Source: Eledone cirrhosa
Lineage: Eukaryota
Reading direction: 5' to 3'
Assembly: GCA_964016885.1 (NCBI GenBank)
Contig: OZ024753.1
Location: 8,370,001 to 8,434,000 of the forward strand
Length of the DNA: 64,000 bases
Below the pieces are notes generated by a model. That model was not told the DNA's origin. It searched no databases and saw only the letters and a list, made by a program, of their open reading frames with translations. Position numbers and translations under genes: made by a program. Positions 50,708-64,000 of this stretch are shown here, piece by piece; within the stretch, counting starts at the first letter, position 1, and the number at the start of each line of letters is the position of its first letter.

Positions 50708-52112
50708 GTATATATATATATAATATATATATATAATGGAGGCACATGGCTCAGTAGTTAGAGCATTGGCCTTGCAATCGAAAGGTTGTGAGTTCAATTC
50801 TCAGACCGGGTGATGTGTTGTTTCCTTGTGCAAGACACTTTATTTCACATTGCTCCAGTTTACTCAGCTGTAGAAATGAGATGATAGGGACTGGGGTCCC
50901 TATCATTCCACTGTAAAGTGAACATGGAGGTGCCATGGCAAAAAAGCACCCAGCACTCACTGTAAATGAGGTTGATGTTAGGAAGGGCATCCAGCTGTAG
51001 AAATCAAGCCAGAATCAGTTCCCGTCCCACCCTTGCAAGCAGGGAAAAGTGGACGTAAAATGAAATGATGATGATGATGATATATATATGTATATGCACA
51101 CAAAGTGTGGGTGTCAAACTCCTGGTCCTATAATCAAGAGTTGAACACATTTACCACTCAGCCAACAGCTTTCAGATGTACTATAGAACAAATATATATT
51201 AGTTAGACAAAGTAAAAGTTTAAGCACAGAGTCTTTGTTTACAATCTGTTCAGGATCTTCAGAAACTGAGATATATATCTTGCTGGTAAGGAAAACAGAT
51301 GCTAAATGACGATAATGATGATGATATATATCGTAAGAGTGTTAGCGTTTGTTCATAAACAAAATATCAAGTTTTTCATGTAATCTTAAAGCATATTGTG
51401 TGATACTAAACAATCATTATTGAAGGACATTGTTAATCTTAACTATAATATATCTAATGAAACGACTGTAGCTGACTTACAGGTATATTTGAGACACATG
51501 GACAGCAATTAACTTATATAAAGTTCCCCAAATTTATTCACCTCTTCTATATCACTTTCTATATTGTAATTATACAGATTTTTTAAAGAGGTTTCACATT
51601 GAAAACACGTTATTAATATTAGTAGAATCTCATATAATTATCATTATAGTTCAAACTGGTTCTATGAAGAATCTCTTTGAAACATCTTCATCTTCATTCC
51701 ACTTTCTATATTAGAGAGCTATCTGTTCACTTGATCATTTCCTAGCTCTCAGACATTCCACCATCTTAATTAATCCATTGAATGCCTCTAAAATTGTGAA
51801 CATGACAATTAATGTTATATTCAGACACTGACCCTCACAGACAAGCTGGCATACAGATATGTCAGCTCTGGAATATGAATTAAACAAATTTAAAGCAAAA
51901 TGGAGCAATGACTACTTGGAGAAAAACATTTCCTTTACATGATTATCAATGTCACCTCACTGACATATGCCTTAGTTTCAATTCTAGAATCACTTGATTG
52001 AATTAGCTCCATGTCTGTGTATGTCTCTGTGTGTGTGTGTGTGTCTGTGTGTATATGAGTGTTTCTGTGTGTAAATGTACTTATATATGTATGTATATAT
52101 ATATATATGTGT

Positions 52113-52325
52113 GGAGGCGTGTGGCTGAGTGGTTAGAGAATTGGATTCGCAATCGTAAGGTTGTAAGTTCGATTCCTGGACCAGGTGATGCGTTATGTCC
52201 TTGAGCAAGACACTTTATTTCACGTTGCTCCTTCTACCTGGAGTTGCGACCGATAGATAGTATTAGCAATTGGAAAGACCGACGGAAACATTGTTCCCTC
52301 GGTTTGACGAAAGTCGATCGTTCAG
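52113..52325 (+). mobile_element. tRNA + CORE SINE with a different 3' tail; longer copy at ~53815-54125 (-)
   Basis: GGAGGCGTGTGGCTGAGTGGTTAGAG..GTTCGATTCC..CCTTGAGCAAGACACTT, then tail GATAGTATTAGCAATTGGAAAGACC. Confidence 0.8.
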
Positions 52326-53437
52326 AATATATATATATATATATCTGTATTTATGTATATATAAATATATACACATACACATATATATATGTATGTATGT
52401 GTGTGTATGAATAAATGTTTTTATATATGTATATATCTCTGTCTATTTATATATGTATATACATATATATGTGTGTGTGTATATATATGTATATAGCCTT
52501 ATGTATTTATGTATGTATATATGAATATGGGCAAGATCTGGTCACTTGACTAGTCTAACCCCAAAATGTACCAACCCACCTCACTCGTGCAAGAATGGAA
52601 TATACATTAGATGATTGGTCATGAAATATGTATGCATGTATATATGTATGTATATATGTATGTATGTATGTATGTACATATATATGTATGTGTAAAGAGA
52701 GAGGAAGAGAGTGATGTATGCATATACACAGATGTGCATATTTAGACATATATGTATATGTATACATATATATATATATATATGTAGGCACACGGCTTAG
52801 TGGTTAGAGCATTGGCCTTGCAATCGAAAGGTTGTGAGTTCAATTCTCAGACCAGGTGATGTGTTGTTTCCTTGAGCAAGACACTTTATTTCACATTGCT
52901 CCAGTTTACTCAGCTGTAGAAATGAGATGATAGGGACTGGGGTCCATATCAATCCACTGCAAAGTGGTCGTGGAGGTGCCACGGCAAAAATGCACCCAGC
53001 ACTCACTGTAAATGAGGTTGGTGTTAGGAAGGGCATCCAGCTGTAGAAATCAAGCCAGCATCAGTTCCTGTCCCACCCTTGCAAGCAGGGAAAAGCAGAA
53101 AAATGATGATGATGATGATGATGATATATATATATATACCACCCTTTCTCTGTAAAGCTATGTTGGTACCACAACATCCAGTCCAAAATAAATGAGGTTA
53201 AAAACACACAGTCCATGCTGTATTGTGGATGTGTAGGTAACACGGTAAAAACTCCCAGTCCACACTGTAAACGTGATTGGTGTTAGGAAGGTCATCCAGC
53301 CGTAGAAAAGCTGCCAAACAGTCCTATACAAGCGAGACATGGTCACATGACCAATCTTGCCTCAAGTAGGACAATTCCCGTCTAAACCCATGCTAGAGTG
53401 GAAGATAGACTTTAAACGATGATGATCATCATGATGA

Positions 53438-53468
<31 letters not shown>

Positions 53469-54607
53469 ACCCATGCTAGTGTGGAAGATTTAAACGATGA
53501 TGATGATGATGATATATATATATATATATATATAACCCATGCTAGTGTGGAAGATGGACATTAAATGATGATGATGATGATGATGTTGATATATATATAT
53601 ATATATATATATATAATGTTGATCATATTTTATTCACTGCACTCCTACGCTGATTGGCAGACGACATCTTTGCTCATACCTTCCACATCTGGCACTGGTT
53701 GCTACATCTGGATGCTCTTCCGAGTACAAACCATAGGTCCTAATTACTACAGCAACTTAATATAAATATCAAAGAAGAGAAAAATAAAACATTTGAATAT
53801 TGTTTTGTGGATATGGCAGTGCCCCAGAATGACCTCAGCCTGTCGGCTGGAACGTATAACAGAGTAATGTCGACAGTCGATTAACAAGATCCCAGGCCTC
53901 ATTCGCTTAACACGTGGGATGGATCCCATCAAATCAGACCGAGGAAACAATATTTCTATTGGTCTTTCCAATTGCTAATACTATCTGTCAGTCACAAATC
54001 CAGGCAGAAGAGGGAATGTGAAATAAAGTGTCTTGCTCAAGAAGATAACGCCTTGCCCAGTCTGGGAATCGAAATCACAACCTCACGATTGTGGATCCTA
54101 TTCTTGAACCACTCAGCCACTCACCTTTATAGGGTATTATATCTATCTGAAATTCTCTTATTGATTCTTGAACATATTTTTAACTAATTGCTAATTTGCA
54201 GTAGCACAACACCTAAAATTACATTCTGTAATTACTGTCCTTGCTTAGGTTTGTCAGATTTCAGATTTATTTACATTGTAAAGAAGAAAGTATTGTATTA
54301 TGACTTTAGTTAAGCTATACTTAAAATAAACAACAAACAGTGTTTTGTTGAACTATTGTTTATTGTATGGCAAACATTTACATTTAAGGTGGAAGATCCT
54401 GCACTTGAACTTTTAGCCAACACTGGACATCAATAGCTACCACAGTAATGCCCACTATTCTCAGAAGTCACAGAACTAAATATTTGACAAAGGTTTCATT
54501 TACTCTTCTGATACTAAATCCCTTAAAATTTTCTCCCTTGGTTCCACAATAACAAAACTGTTTGTTTTAAATTGTTTATATTTATCTTGGCACCTTCCAC
54601 CAATATG

Positions 54608-54800
54608 TAATTGTTTCCACATTTGGCACAAGGCTAGCTATTAATTACTCCAGTGCATTACTGGTGCTTTATTTTATCGATTCCGTAAGGATGAAAGGCA
54701 AAGTTAACCTTGGCAGGATTTGAATCCAGATCGTAAAGGACTGTAACTCTATGCTGCAAAGCATGGCGTCCGACCCTCTACCAATACTGCCAATCCACCC
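54608..54800 (-). mobile_element. Deu/Nin SINE; further copies at 23910, 26510, 27792 (partial, -), 46532 (+), 56822 (-), 58144 (+), 58354 (+), 63106 (+) and 63733 (-)
   Basis: Consensus matches. Confidence 0.85.
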
Positions 54801-55619
54801 AGCTATATAATGCTAGTATAACTGTAGTTAAGCTATACTTAAGATAACAACAGTGTATTGTTGAACTGTTCTTTGTGTGACAAATATTTACATAGTGTAA
54901 GGAGGAATGGTCAGCACCTAAAGTCTAGGTCTTGGTAGTCGCTTAAGCAGAAGTCTCTTCACTGTCGACCAGTTTAATAATCTGTCCACAGTAAAATCTT
55001 TCCTTCAGTAGTTTGCCTTGACAACTTGCAACAATGCTCTACAGCATAAACTTTTTGTATCCTTTGAAAGATAATATTTTTGTCTTCTTTCCAATCTCTC
55101 TTGTATCTTATATCTTAGAGACTTTTCTGAATTCTTGCTTGATTGGATTGAATATTACTTACCATTACCATATTCTGCAGATGTTAATTTAGATATGGCA
55201 ACATTAAATCCCATTTCATTTTCAATATTGCATTACCAAATTGTGATTATCGAGATGTGTGTTATTCCTAATTTCACTGTGTTTAAAACAAACTTATAAC
55301 AATTGTCTTAAGAGCTATTGTTGAATAAAGAATCTCCCAATACTATCATTTAATGGGCTAACAGGATATACACATAGCATGGAAAATAACTGACATTAAA
55401 ACAAGTATTAAAATATCGTTGGAGCCATTAGGTTTATGTTTCAAATTCTATTAGCTGTTATCAAAAGACTTGCATACATTCAAAACTAAATGTTCAATAA
55501 ATTCAATTCCAATGGTTTTAAAGACTAGTTTAGGATTGAATAAAGACTACATGTTTGGCAACATGTAGTGGCGAACAAAAATACTTTTAGACGGGGTTTG
55601 GTTGGAAACTTCACAGGAT

Positions 55620-56082
55620 AAAAGGTTCATAGCTTGACCAAGGTACTCTCATGGAATGACCAAATGAGCTATATCTTTCACATAATCCCCAAAATGAAAC
55701 ATTGCAGTTATTAATGCATACAAGATTTCACTGCACTAGCATCACTACTTCATATGCTGATCACAATACACTCATGGAATATCCAAATTAGATATATTTT
55801 TCAACATAATCCTCAGAATGAAACATTGCGATTACTTATAAGAAGTGTTGAAATTAATGCATACAAGATTTCACAGCACTAGCATCACCCCTTCATTGGC
55901 TGATCATGATACACTCATAGAATGACCAAATTACATATATTTTTCCACATAATCCCCAGAATGAAACATTGCAGTTATTAATAAGGAGAGTTGAAATTAA
56001 TGCATGCAAGATTTCACAGCTCTAGCATCATTGCTGCATAGGCTGACTAAGATACACTCAAGGAATGACCAAATTACATATA
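55620..56082. repeat. Degenerate ~125-145-bp tandem repeat x3-4 built on a mariner-like MITE end also seen at ~34580-34680 and ~36180-36225
   Basis: CATAGGCTGACCAAGATACTCTCATGGAATGACCAAAT motif recurs. Confidence 0.65.
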
Positions 56083-56326
56083 GTTCAAGATGTCAGTCTA
56101 TCATAATGGCTAAATCCCTATTCTCACTGGTACTCACTTTCAGCTGAGTGAACTGAAACAATGCAAAATAAAATAGCTTGCTCGGGGCAGATGTCTCATG
56201 GACTGGGAATTGAACCTTTTGTCTTATCATTGTGAGTTCAACGCCCTAACCAATAGGCCACATGCTTAATCTAAGTGTATATATTCTAAATAGAATATGC
56301 CTAGTTTGGTCTACAACTCAGCTTTA

Positions 56327-56747
56327 TTAACCCTTTAGCATTCACATTACTCTATATTTACTATTGTATTTTCACAGTAAACACTTTATCTTACATAATA
56401 TCTCACACAACATTTACATTACTCTATATTTACTATTGTATTTTCACAGTAAACACTTTATCTTACATAATATCTCACACAACATTCACATTACTCTATA
56501 TTTACTATTGTATTTTCACAGTAAACACTTTATCTCACATAATATCTCACACAACATTTACATTACTCTATATTTACTATTGTATTTTCACAGTAAACAC
56601 TTTATCTTACATAATATCAAATCTATGGATTTTGTTATTATTTATTTTGAGAAAAATACCTTAATGTCAGTATGAGGAGCTGTTTATGGCCAGTTTGAAC
56701 AGACAGAAGGGAGAGAATTCTGGCTGGATATGGCCGGTTTAAATGCA
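56327..56747 (+). mobile_element. piggyBac-type MITE with an internal 72-bp tandem x~4 (56340-56618), right TIR eroded
   Basis: TTAA|CCCTTTAGCATT left end. The 24-codon periodicity is visible in ORF 56364-56675. Confidence 0.85.
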
Positions 56748-57266
56748 GATTATGTGAGGAAAGTGGCTCCAGGAAGCATTGTTTATGCTAAATACACATG
56801 TGGTGTGGTCTCACATTTGTAATAATTTCTACTTTTGGCACAAGGCCAGCAATTATCCCAGTGCATTACTGGTACTTTATTTTATTGACCCCGTAAGGAT
56901 GAAAGGCAAAGTTAACCTCGGCAGGATTTGAACTCAAATCGTAAAGGGACGTAACTCCATGCTACCAAACATGGTGTCCAACCTTCTCACAATACTGCCA
57001 ATCTACTGCACTTATGTAATAATATGTGAGTTAAAAACTTCCATTAACTGATTATCCATGCAATTGGTAGAAATAACTCCCTCAATGGGTGTTTCAAATT
57101 TATATGCAGCAGTATATAACAGTTTAGCTGTAATTGTGTATTTATATGTCACAGGAAAAGGTCTACACTTTAGGTAATAGTTAAACTTTGACATCGGCAC
57201 TTTAAGATCTATAGGTTTGTTTTTAAGAATTTCTCATTTATCTGCTAACCATGTGAGAAACTTCCT

Positions 57267-57478
57267 TTAACCCTTTAACATATAAACCGGCTGTATCCAG
57301 CCAGAATTCTCTCACCTCTTTCTATTCAAACTGGCTGTAACTGGCTGCTTATACTTGTTACGGTATTGACATCAAAATCTCATAGATTCGGTATTATGTG
57401 AGATAATTATGTAAGATAAATTGTTTACCATGAAAATACAATAGTAAATATAGAGTAATGTAAATGCTAAAGGGTTAA
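57267..57478 (-). mobile_element. piggyBac-type MITE
   Basis: TTAA|CCCTTTAAC...GCTAAAGGG|TTAA. Confidence 0.85.
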
Positions 57479-58708
57479 AATCCTGTCTCAGAACCTATCT
57501 TAGGAGGTTTTAGTGGGGTATATCCTGTCTTTTGTTGTTTGTCTGTTATATATCATTGTTAATCAACAAGAAGGCATCACAAGAATCTTTGATATCTGTG
57601 TGAAACCTTCTAAATCTGAAACCATTCACTGTGACCAGAAATCTTTACCTGACAGGCAATTTCTTTGTTATCTTTTGTGTTATGAAATCTACTTTGAAAA
57701 GTTATCGTAAATCATTTCTCAAGATCATTTACTCAAATAGAAAGCTGCTGTTTTTCTTCTGTGTAAACTATTCACTTCTCACTTGAAGAAATCTACTTAA
57801 CAATTGTTAAACATCTTACTGTTGCGCCATCACAAATAAGAAACATCACAGTTCCTATGTAGCTTCTTCATTAATGGCAATCAAGGAACAAAGCCAGAGA
57901 TTTCTGGCAATTATAATTGCAGCTACAGTTCCTTAGCCTATAGAACTATGGTGACAAATTGCCGGGAATGGTAGTCATATATTAGACTAAAGATTTAAAA
58001 TCATATCTCAGTTGACTTGGCATTTTATCTTGTGATAGTTGATAAATTAAGTACCAGTTATATACTAGAGTTAATTGAGTCAGTTATATTAGCTCCCTTA
58101 TCAAAATTATGTATTTACCTAGTGGGAAGAAATCACTATAAAAGGGCAGTGGATTGGCAATATCAGTAGGGCATCAGACACCATGCTTTGCAGCATAGAG
58201 TTATGGCCCTTTACGGTCTGTGTTCAAATCCCGTCAAGGTTTACTTTGCCTTTCATCCTTATGGGGTCGATAAAATAAAGTACCAGTAATGCAGTGGGAT
58301 AATTGCTGCCCTTGTGCCTATACTAGAAACAATTATTATTATTAATATTCTAAAGGCAGTGGATTGGCAGTATCAGTAGAGCATCAAACACCATGCTTTG
58401 CAGCATAGAGTTATGGCCCTTTACGTTCTGAGTTCAAATCCCACCGAGGTTTGCATTTCATCCTTACAGCTTGATAAAATATAGTACCAGTTAAGTACTG
58501 GGGTTGATATAATTGTCTGTTCCTCTGCTATCAAATTTCTAGCTGTGTACCTATGTCAGAAATAACTGTTATATATGTTGGGGTCTCCTTAGAATAGACA
58601 AGGGAAGAAATGTAAGTTAAGGGATTAAAATGTTAAGGGCTTGAAATGTGCTTCAGTGCTTCACTTTACTGCTTATTCTACAATATTTACTTTCTTGGCT
58701 AAACATTG

Positions 58709-58936
58709 TTAACCCTTTAACATTTAAACCAATCATATCTGGCCAGAGTTTTCTCACCTCTTTCTTTTCAAACAGACTGCAACTGGCTGCTCATACTAAC
58801 ATTAAGGTATTGTTCTCAAAATAAATAATATCAAAATCTCATAGATTCAATGTTTATGAGATAATTATGTGAGATAAAGTCTTTACCACAAAAATAGAAT
58901 AGTAAATATAAAGTAGTGTAGATGCTAAAGGGTTAA
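58709..58936 (-). mobile_element. piggyBac-type MITE (a degenerate copy also lies at ~49681-49880)
   Basis: TTAA|CCCTTTAAC...GCTAAAGGG|TTAA. Confidence 0.85.
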
Positions 58937-59721
58937 GCTATTTGATTGGATTTCCTTTTGACATTAGTACAATCCACGCTTGAAGAAATGTTATCATTCA
59001 TCCTTTTGGTTTCAATATTATACAACAACAGGCGTTTTATTAGGCTATTTTCCCCTTGCTAATGTAGAAGCCAGCCATGCTGATCCTATCACAGGCTTCA
59101 GCATGTTTATCTAGGAGTTATTTTGTTGTTGTTTTTTGAGGCAATATTTTATAGTCAAATGTCCTTCTTTTAGTCACCTCTTATGACAAGCGGGGATACA
59201 ATATACCAATTCTTTATGATACATCAACATAAAATATTTAGATGAAGCTTTGTTCTAAATGTGAAGTTGTCTATAGGATTTTAAAGGGATGGATTATGAA
59301 ATACATTATAATATCTAAGATTTGGCTTTCTATGTTGAGTTTAAATCCGACCTGGGTCAGTGCTAATCTTCTCTCTGTCTGAAATGAAGGAGATAAAAAC
59401 CTATAATATTTTGGATTCAAATCAGTTAATTTTACTGTGCTATCTTTCAAAACAAATTGACTTTGTATTTATGTAAGAAAAAATATTTACACAGGATTAT
59501 GAAAACTGATGATAAGCCATAATGTAGACCTGTCTAAACTGTGTGTCAGAATGGTAATATCGATATCACAGCAATGATGATGATGATGATGATGGTGATG
59601 ATCAAATATATTCTAAATCAAAATAGTTATAAGTTAGGATCATGTTACTCCTCAAATGTATGTGTACTTACATAGAAAGCTCACATATATACACACACAT
59701 GCGCACACACATTTTCTCACC

Positions 59722-59813
<92 letters not shown>

Positions 59814-59993
59814 GTAAATGTGGTTGGCCTACACTGTAAATGTGGTTGGTGTTAGGAAGCGCATCCAGCTGTAGAAAACCCGCCAGACAGTCCTATGCGA
59901 GCAATGACAACCACTCTTGCCTCAAGTGGGAAAACTCCCGTCCAAACCCATGCAAGCGTGGAACATGGACGTTAAACGATGATGATGATGATG

Positions 59994-60029
<36 letters not shown>

Positions 60030-60165
60030 ATATTTATTAAAATAACAGATTAAAGTTTAAGCAAAGAATTGCTGCTTTCACCCTTAACGGGATCTTCTGA
60101 AACTATCTTTCGAAATATATATATATAGAGAGAGAGATGGGAAAAGACATATATATATATTTCCA

Positions 60166-60204
<39 letters not shown>

Positions 60205-60324
60205 CCCGCGTCAAATGGAACAAAACCGTCAAACCCATGCTAGCATGGAAGATGAACGTTAAATGATGATGATGTGATGATGATGATATATATATATGTG
60301 TGTGTGTGTGTGTGTCCTTTCTCA

Positions 60325-60355
<31 letters not shown>

Positions 60356-62924
60356 TTGTATGAACATGTGATGCGTATGAAGGATGACAGCTGCATAAAA
60401 AGGTGCAGAGCACTAGAAGTTGATGGAAACCGCGGAGTGGGGAGACCCAAGATGACCTGGGATGAGGTGATAAAAGCCGACCTTACCCAATTACACCTCT
60501 CAAAGACAATGACACACGACCGTGACTTCTGGCGTCATGCAGTAATACAGAGTACCCGACCTCCCATGGGTACAAGCTGAAGCATATAGACAATATGCTC
60601 CCCCACCCCCACTGCAAGGTGGTCGTGGAGGTGCCACGGCAAAAAAGCACCCAGCCCACACTGTAAAGTGGACGTGTAGGCACCACGAAAAAGCACCCAG
60701 CACTCACTGTAAATGAGGTTGGTGTTAGGAAGGGCATCCAGCTGTAGAAATCAAGCCAGATGAGTTCCTGTATGAGCAAGGCATGGTCAGCCGACCAGAC
60801 ACTGCACACAACAGGACAACCCGTCTAACCCATGCTAGCGTGGAAGAACGGACGTAAAACGGTGATGATGATGATGATGATTTATTTACCATCTCTACCT
60901 CTCTCTCAAATCCTGTCAATGTCACAATATTTATAACTCCAAAGTTGAAAACTTTTCAGATATAATATAAATGTTCAAGTGAACTGATAATATAGAATTT
61001 GAGTAGTTTCTAGATGATTAACTATCTATTAGCAATGAATGTCCCCATAATTCAGACACTGTGTCAGTTCATTTATTTGGTGTTGTTGCAACAAAACAAC
61101 AAAACTCTCTGCTCTTTACTCTACTACAATGTCATTAATCATGTTTGTTTTTGTTTGATATTTTTTGTTTTAATTTAAAACATATTGAATTGAAAAATTC
61201 ATTTTTCTCTTCAACTTGCTTAAGCAATACAACATCAGACACACTAATAAATTCAAAGAAATTTGATAAAGCTTGCTGATAAGGAGTAAAGTTTTAAAAA
61301 AAACTTATATGAAATTTCTTTCTTTTCTCTGAAGCCAACAAGAGGTTATCAACGATATTTTAGCAGGATTTGTGATTGAAGCCAATGTCTGTTTTACATA
61401 ACAAAACTACTCTTAATTAAACTGCTATCTTTTAGTAATGAACTGGAATATTTAGCATTGGAAAGTATTTCAAGAAGTTTATCATTTGCAAGGGTGAAAT
61501 AGTCATTGTTGCTGAGTCTCAGACAACTTTTACTTTGATTTTGGCTTCCTTTCCACTTATCTCAGAGAAATTATCAATGTTTGATCTTGAAATATTTTGA
61601 TAAACATGACTTCAACACCGGGTCATGAATTATTCAAGTATTTATTCATTCACTGATATTTGTTAAAGTCAAATTTTGTTTCCTTGTCACACATTACACT
61701 GAAGAGAGAGAGGAAAAGCAATTTACATACAATAGAAATGTTGCTTAAATCACATCAGCCAACAATTTGAAATAACACAGGACATCATTCATATTAAATG
61801 GGAAAAGATTTTCAAAGAAGTGAAATACTTTCTGAAGCTTTAGATGAAAATTAATGTATCCACATCATCTATTTCAATTCATATTCTTTAGATTACAATT
61901 TCAATTTCAGTAGTCCTTTGAGGAATTTTTCCCCTTTTCCTTATATTCCTCTTTGTTTAGGCTTAAACAATCTCTTCTGTAGAGAAAACAACCAAATTAA
62001 GGGAAAAAATAAAAGAAAATATTGAATGCTATTATGTCTGTTTGTTTTTAATATTCTACCACTTAGTCAAAGATTGTGTAGAAGTAGACATAATAGTGCC
62101 AAAACAAATGTATTCAAGTATTAACACAACCCTAACTAGCTCTGGTTCTTGGAAACCAAACCACATATTTTAGTTAAAGATTTCCAATTTAATAAAATTC
62201 ACCTGACATAATTTTATATAAGAATCATAATTACTATCTTAGAAACAAGATAATTATTGTTTTTAATGAATCTTTCACAGTTCTTCATCATCATCATCAT
62301 TTTACGTCCACTTTTCCCTGCTTGCAAGGGTGGGATGGGAACTCATTCTGGCTTCATTTCTACAGCTGGATGCCCTTCCTAACACCAACCTCATTTACAG
62401 TGAGTGCTGGGTGCTTTTTTTCCGTGGCACCTACACATCCACTTTTACAGTGTGATCTGGGTGCTTTTTTGCCGTGGCACCTCCACGACCACTTTGCAGT
62501 GGAATGATATGGACCCCAGTCCCCATCATCTCATTTCTACAGCTGAGTAAACTGGAGCAATGTGAAATAAAGTGTCTTGCTCAAGGAAACAACACACCAC
62601 CCGGTCTGAGAATTGAACTCACAACCTTTCGATTGCAAGGCCAATGCTCTAACCACTAAGCTATGTGCCTTCATTAAAGAATAAATAGCAGATGGCTTTA
62701 AGGAACAGTTATTACATTTTTCTGTTTAGTTGTGTGTGTTTATGTGTGCTTCCTTGTATATTACTTGCAAATACAGTTAATTACCTGTTAATTATTCGGG
62801 TTAATTTGACAGTACCATCGTTAGAAATTTGTGGCTTTGTGTTAACATTATTAATATTATCATCATTATTATTATTGTTGTTTTTATTGTTATTAATAAT
62901 AATAGACATAGCTCCCCACTTCCA

Positions 62925-63103
62925 ACACCTCCATACACACGTACACATGTATATCATGACTCATACACTATTTACTTCCCTGTCATTTGTATATTATTCT
63001 ATTTGTATATTATTCTATGTACTATACATGCACCTTTGACAAGTTGTAGTGCACCTGAGCACTTTACACAATAATTTCATTATTATTATTATTATTATTA
63101 TTA
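62925..63103 (+). mobile_element. CR1 3'UTR-only fragment with (ATT)n tail
   Basis: Colinear with 34200-34360. Confidence 0.75.
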
Positions 63104-64000
63104 TATGGCGGTGGATTGGCAGTATCGGTAGAGGGTCAGACGCCATGCTTTGACGCATTAAGTTACGGCCCTTGCCATTCTGAGTTCAAATCCCGCCGAG
63201 GTTAACTTTGCCTTTCATCCTTACGGGGTCGATAAAATAAAGTACCAGTAATACACTAGGTAATTGCTGGCCTTGTGCCAAAAGTAGAAACAATTATTAT
63301 TATTATTATTATATACATATATGTATTTCACACTCCTTCTCTTTCCCAGTGTTAAAGTTAGGAATATTGATTGGTATGCACCACTTTCGAAAGAATAATG
63401 TGTGCTGCTGATTTGAAAGTAAGATGATAAAAATGGAAAAGTTTATTAAGCAACCTAAATTGCTTGAATATTAATTGAGATAGGGAATTTTTCAATAGAA
63501 ATATGATCATGCCATGAATGAGTTTATTTCTCCTCTTTTGTATCTCATATTTGAATCTCGCTGAGGGCAGTCTTGTCATTTATCTCTTCAGGTTTGATAA
63601 AATAAATACCAGTTATGATCTGGACATCAATTTATTCAAATATACTTCTTCATTATAAATGTGTGGCCTTGAGCCAAAATGATTAATCAATATTTTATAA
63701 TTTGCTTGCAAATATTAGGGTTAGGGAAATAATGGCTTCTGACTTAGGCACAAGGCCAACTATTTTGAGGGAGGGGAAAGATGATTAAAATGACCCCAGT
63801 GCATTACTGGTATTTTATTTTATCGACCGTGTAAGGATGAAAAGCAAAGCTAACCTTAGTGGGATTTGACCCCAGAACGTAAAGGGGCGTAACTCTGTGC
63901 CATGAAACATGGTATCTGCTGTTCTATCGATACTACCAATCCATTGCCATTGGTTTGAAGAAGGCACATGGAGGCACATGGCTTAGTGGTTAGAGCATTG

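Noticed and set aside
50738-50810. tRNA-like sequence
   Set aside because: It is a SINE head: no complete cloverleaf was evident and it is fused to CORE/Meta domains in multiple copies
54290-54925. ~110-bp local direct repeat (about 54290-54400 vs 54815-54915)
   Set aside because: Real but an ordinary degenerate local duplication with no further structure
63715-63726. TTAGGGTTAGGG telomere-like motif
   Set aside because: Only two units, which is expected by chance

Overview
AT-rich, repeat-saturated eukaryotic DNA, not prokaryotic. It is most likely an octopod cephalopod, inferred from the SINE repertoire and the extreme (TA)n/(ATC)n microsatellite load. Only one host coding exon is supportable: 12201-12322 (+), encoding the start of a Dpr/DIP/IgLON-like Ig domain, so most of the window is probably giant intron. 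Nearly all ORFs in the supplied track are microsatellite artefacts. The rest consists of about 30 Deu/Nin-type tRNA-SINE copies, CORE- and Meta-domain SINEs with swapped modules, RTE/CR1/Tx1-like LINE remnants, about 10 TTAA piggyBac-type MITEs, a DD37D (maT) Tc1/mariner derivative, and several Penelope-like element (PLE) remnants. Two patterns stand out. (1) At least five or six sequence-distinct hammerhead ribozyme (HHR) motifs sit in small, mostly (TA)n-embedded, often fold-back elements. (2) Separate copies of the same transposon have spawned tandem arrays at the same internal site. All family names come from motif recognition by eye, not database searches, and repeat boundaries are approximate.
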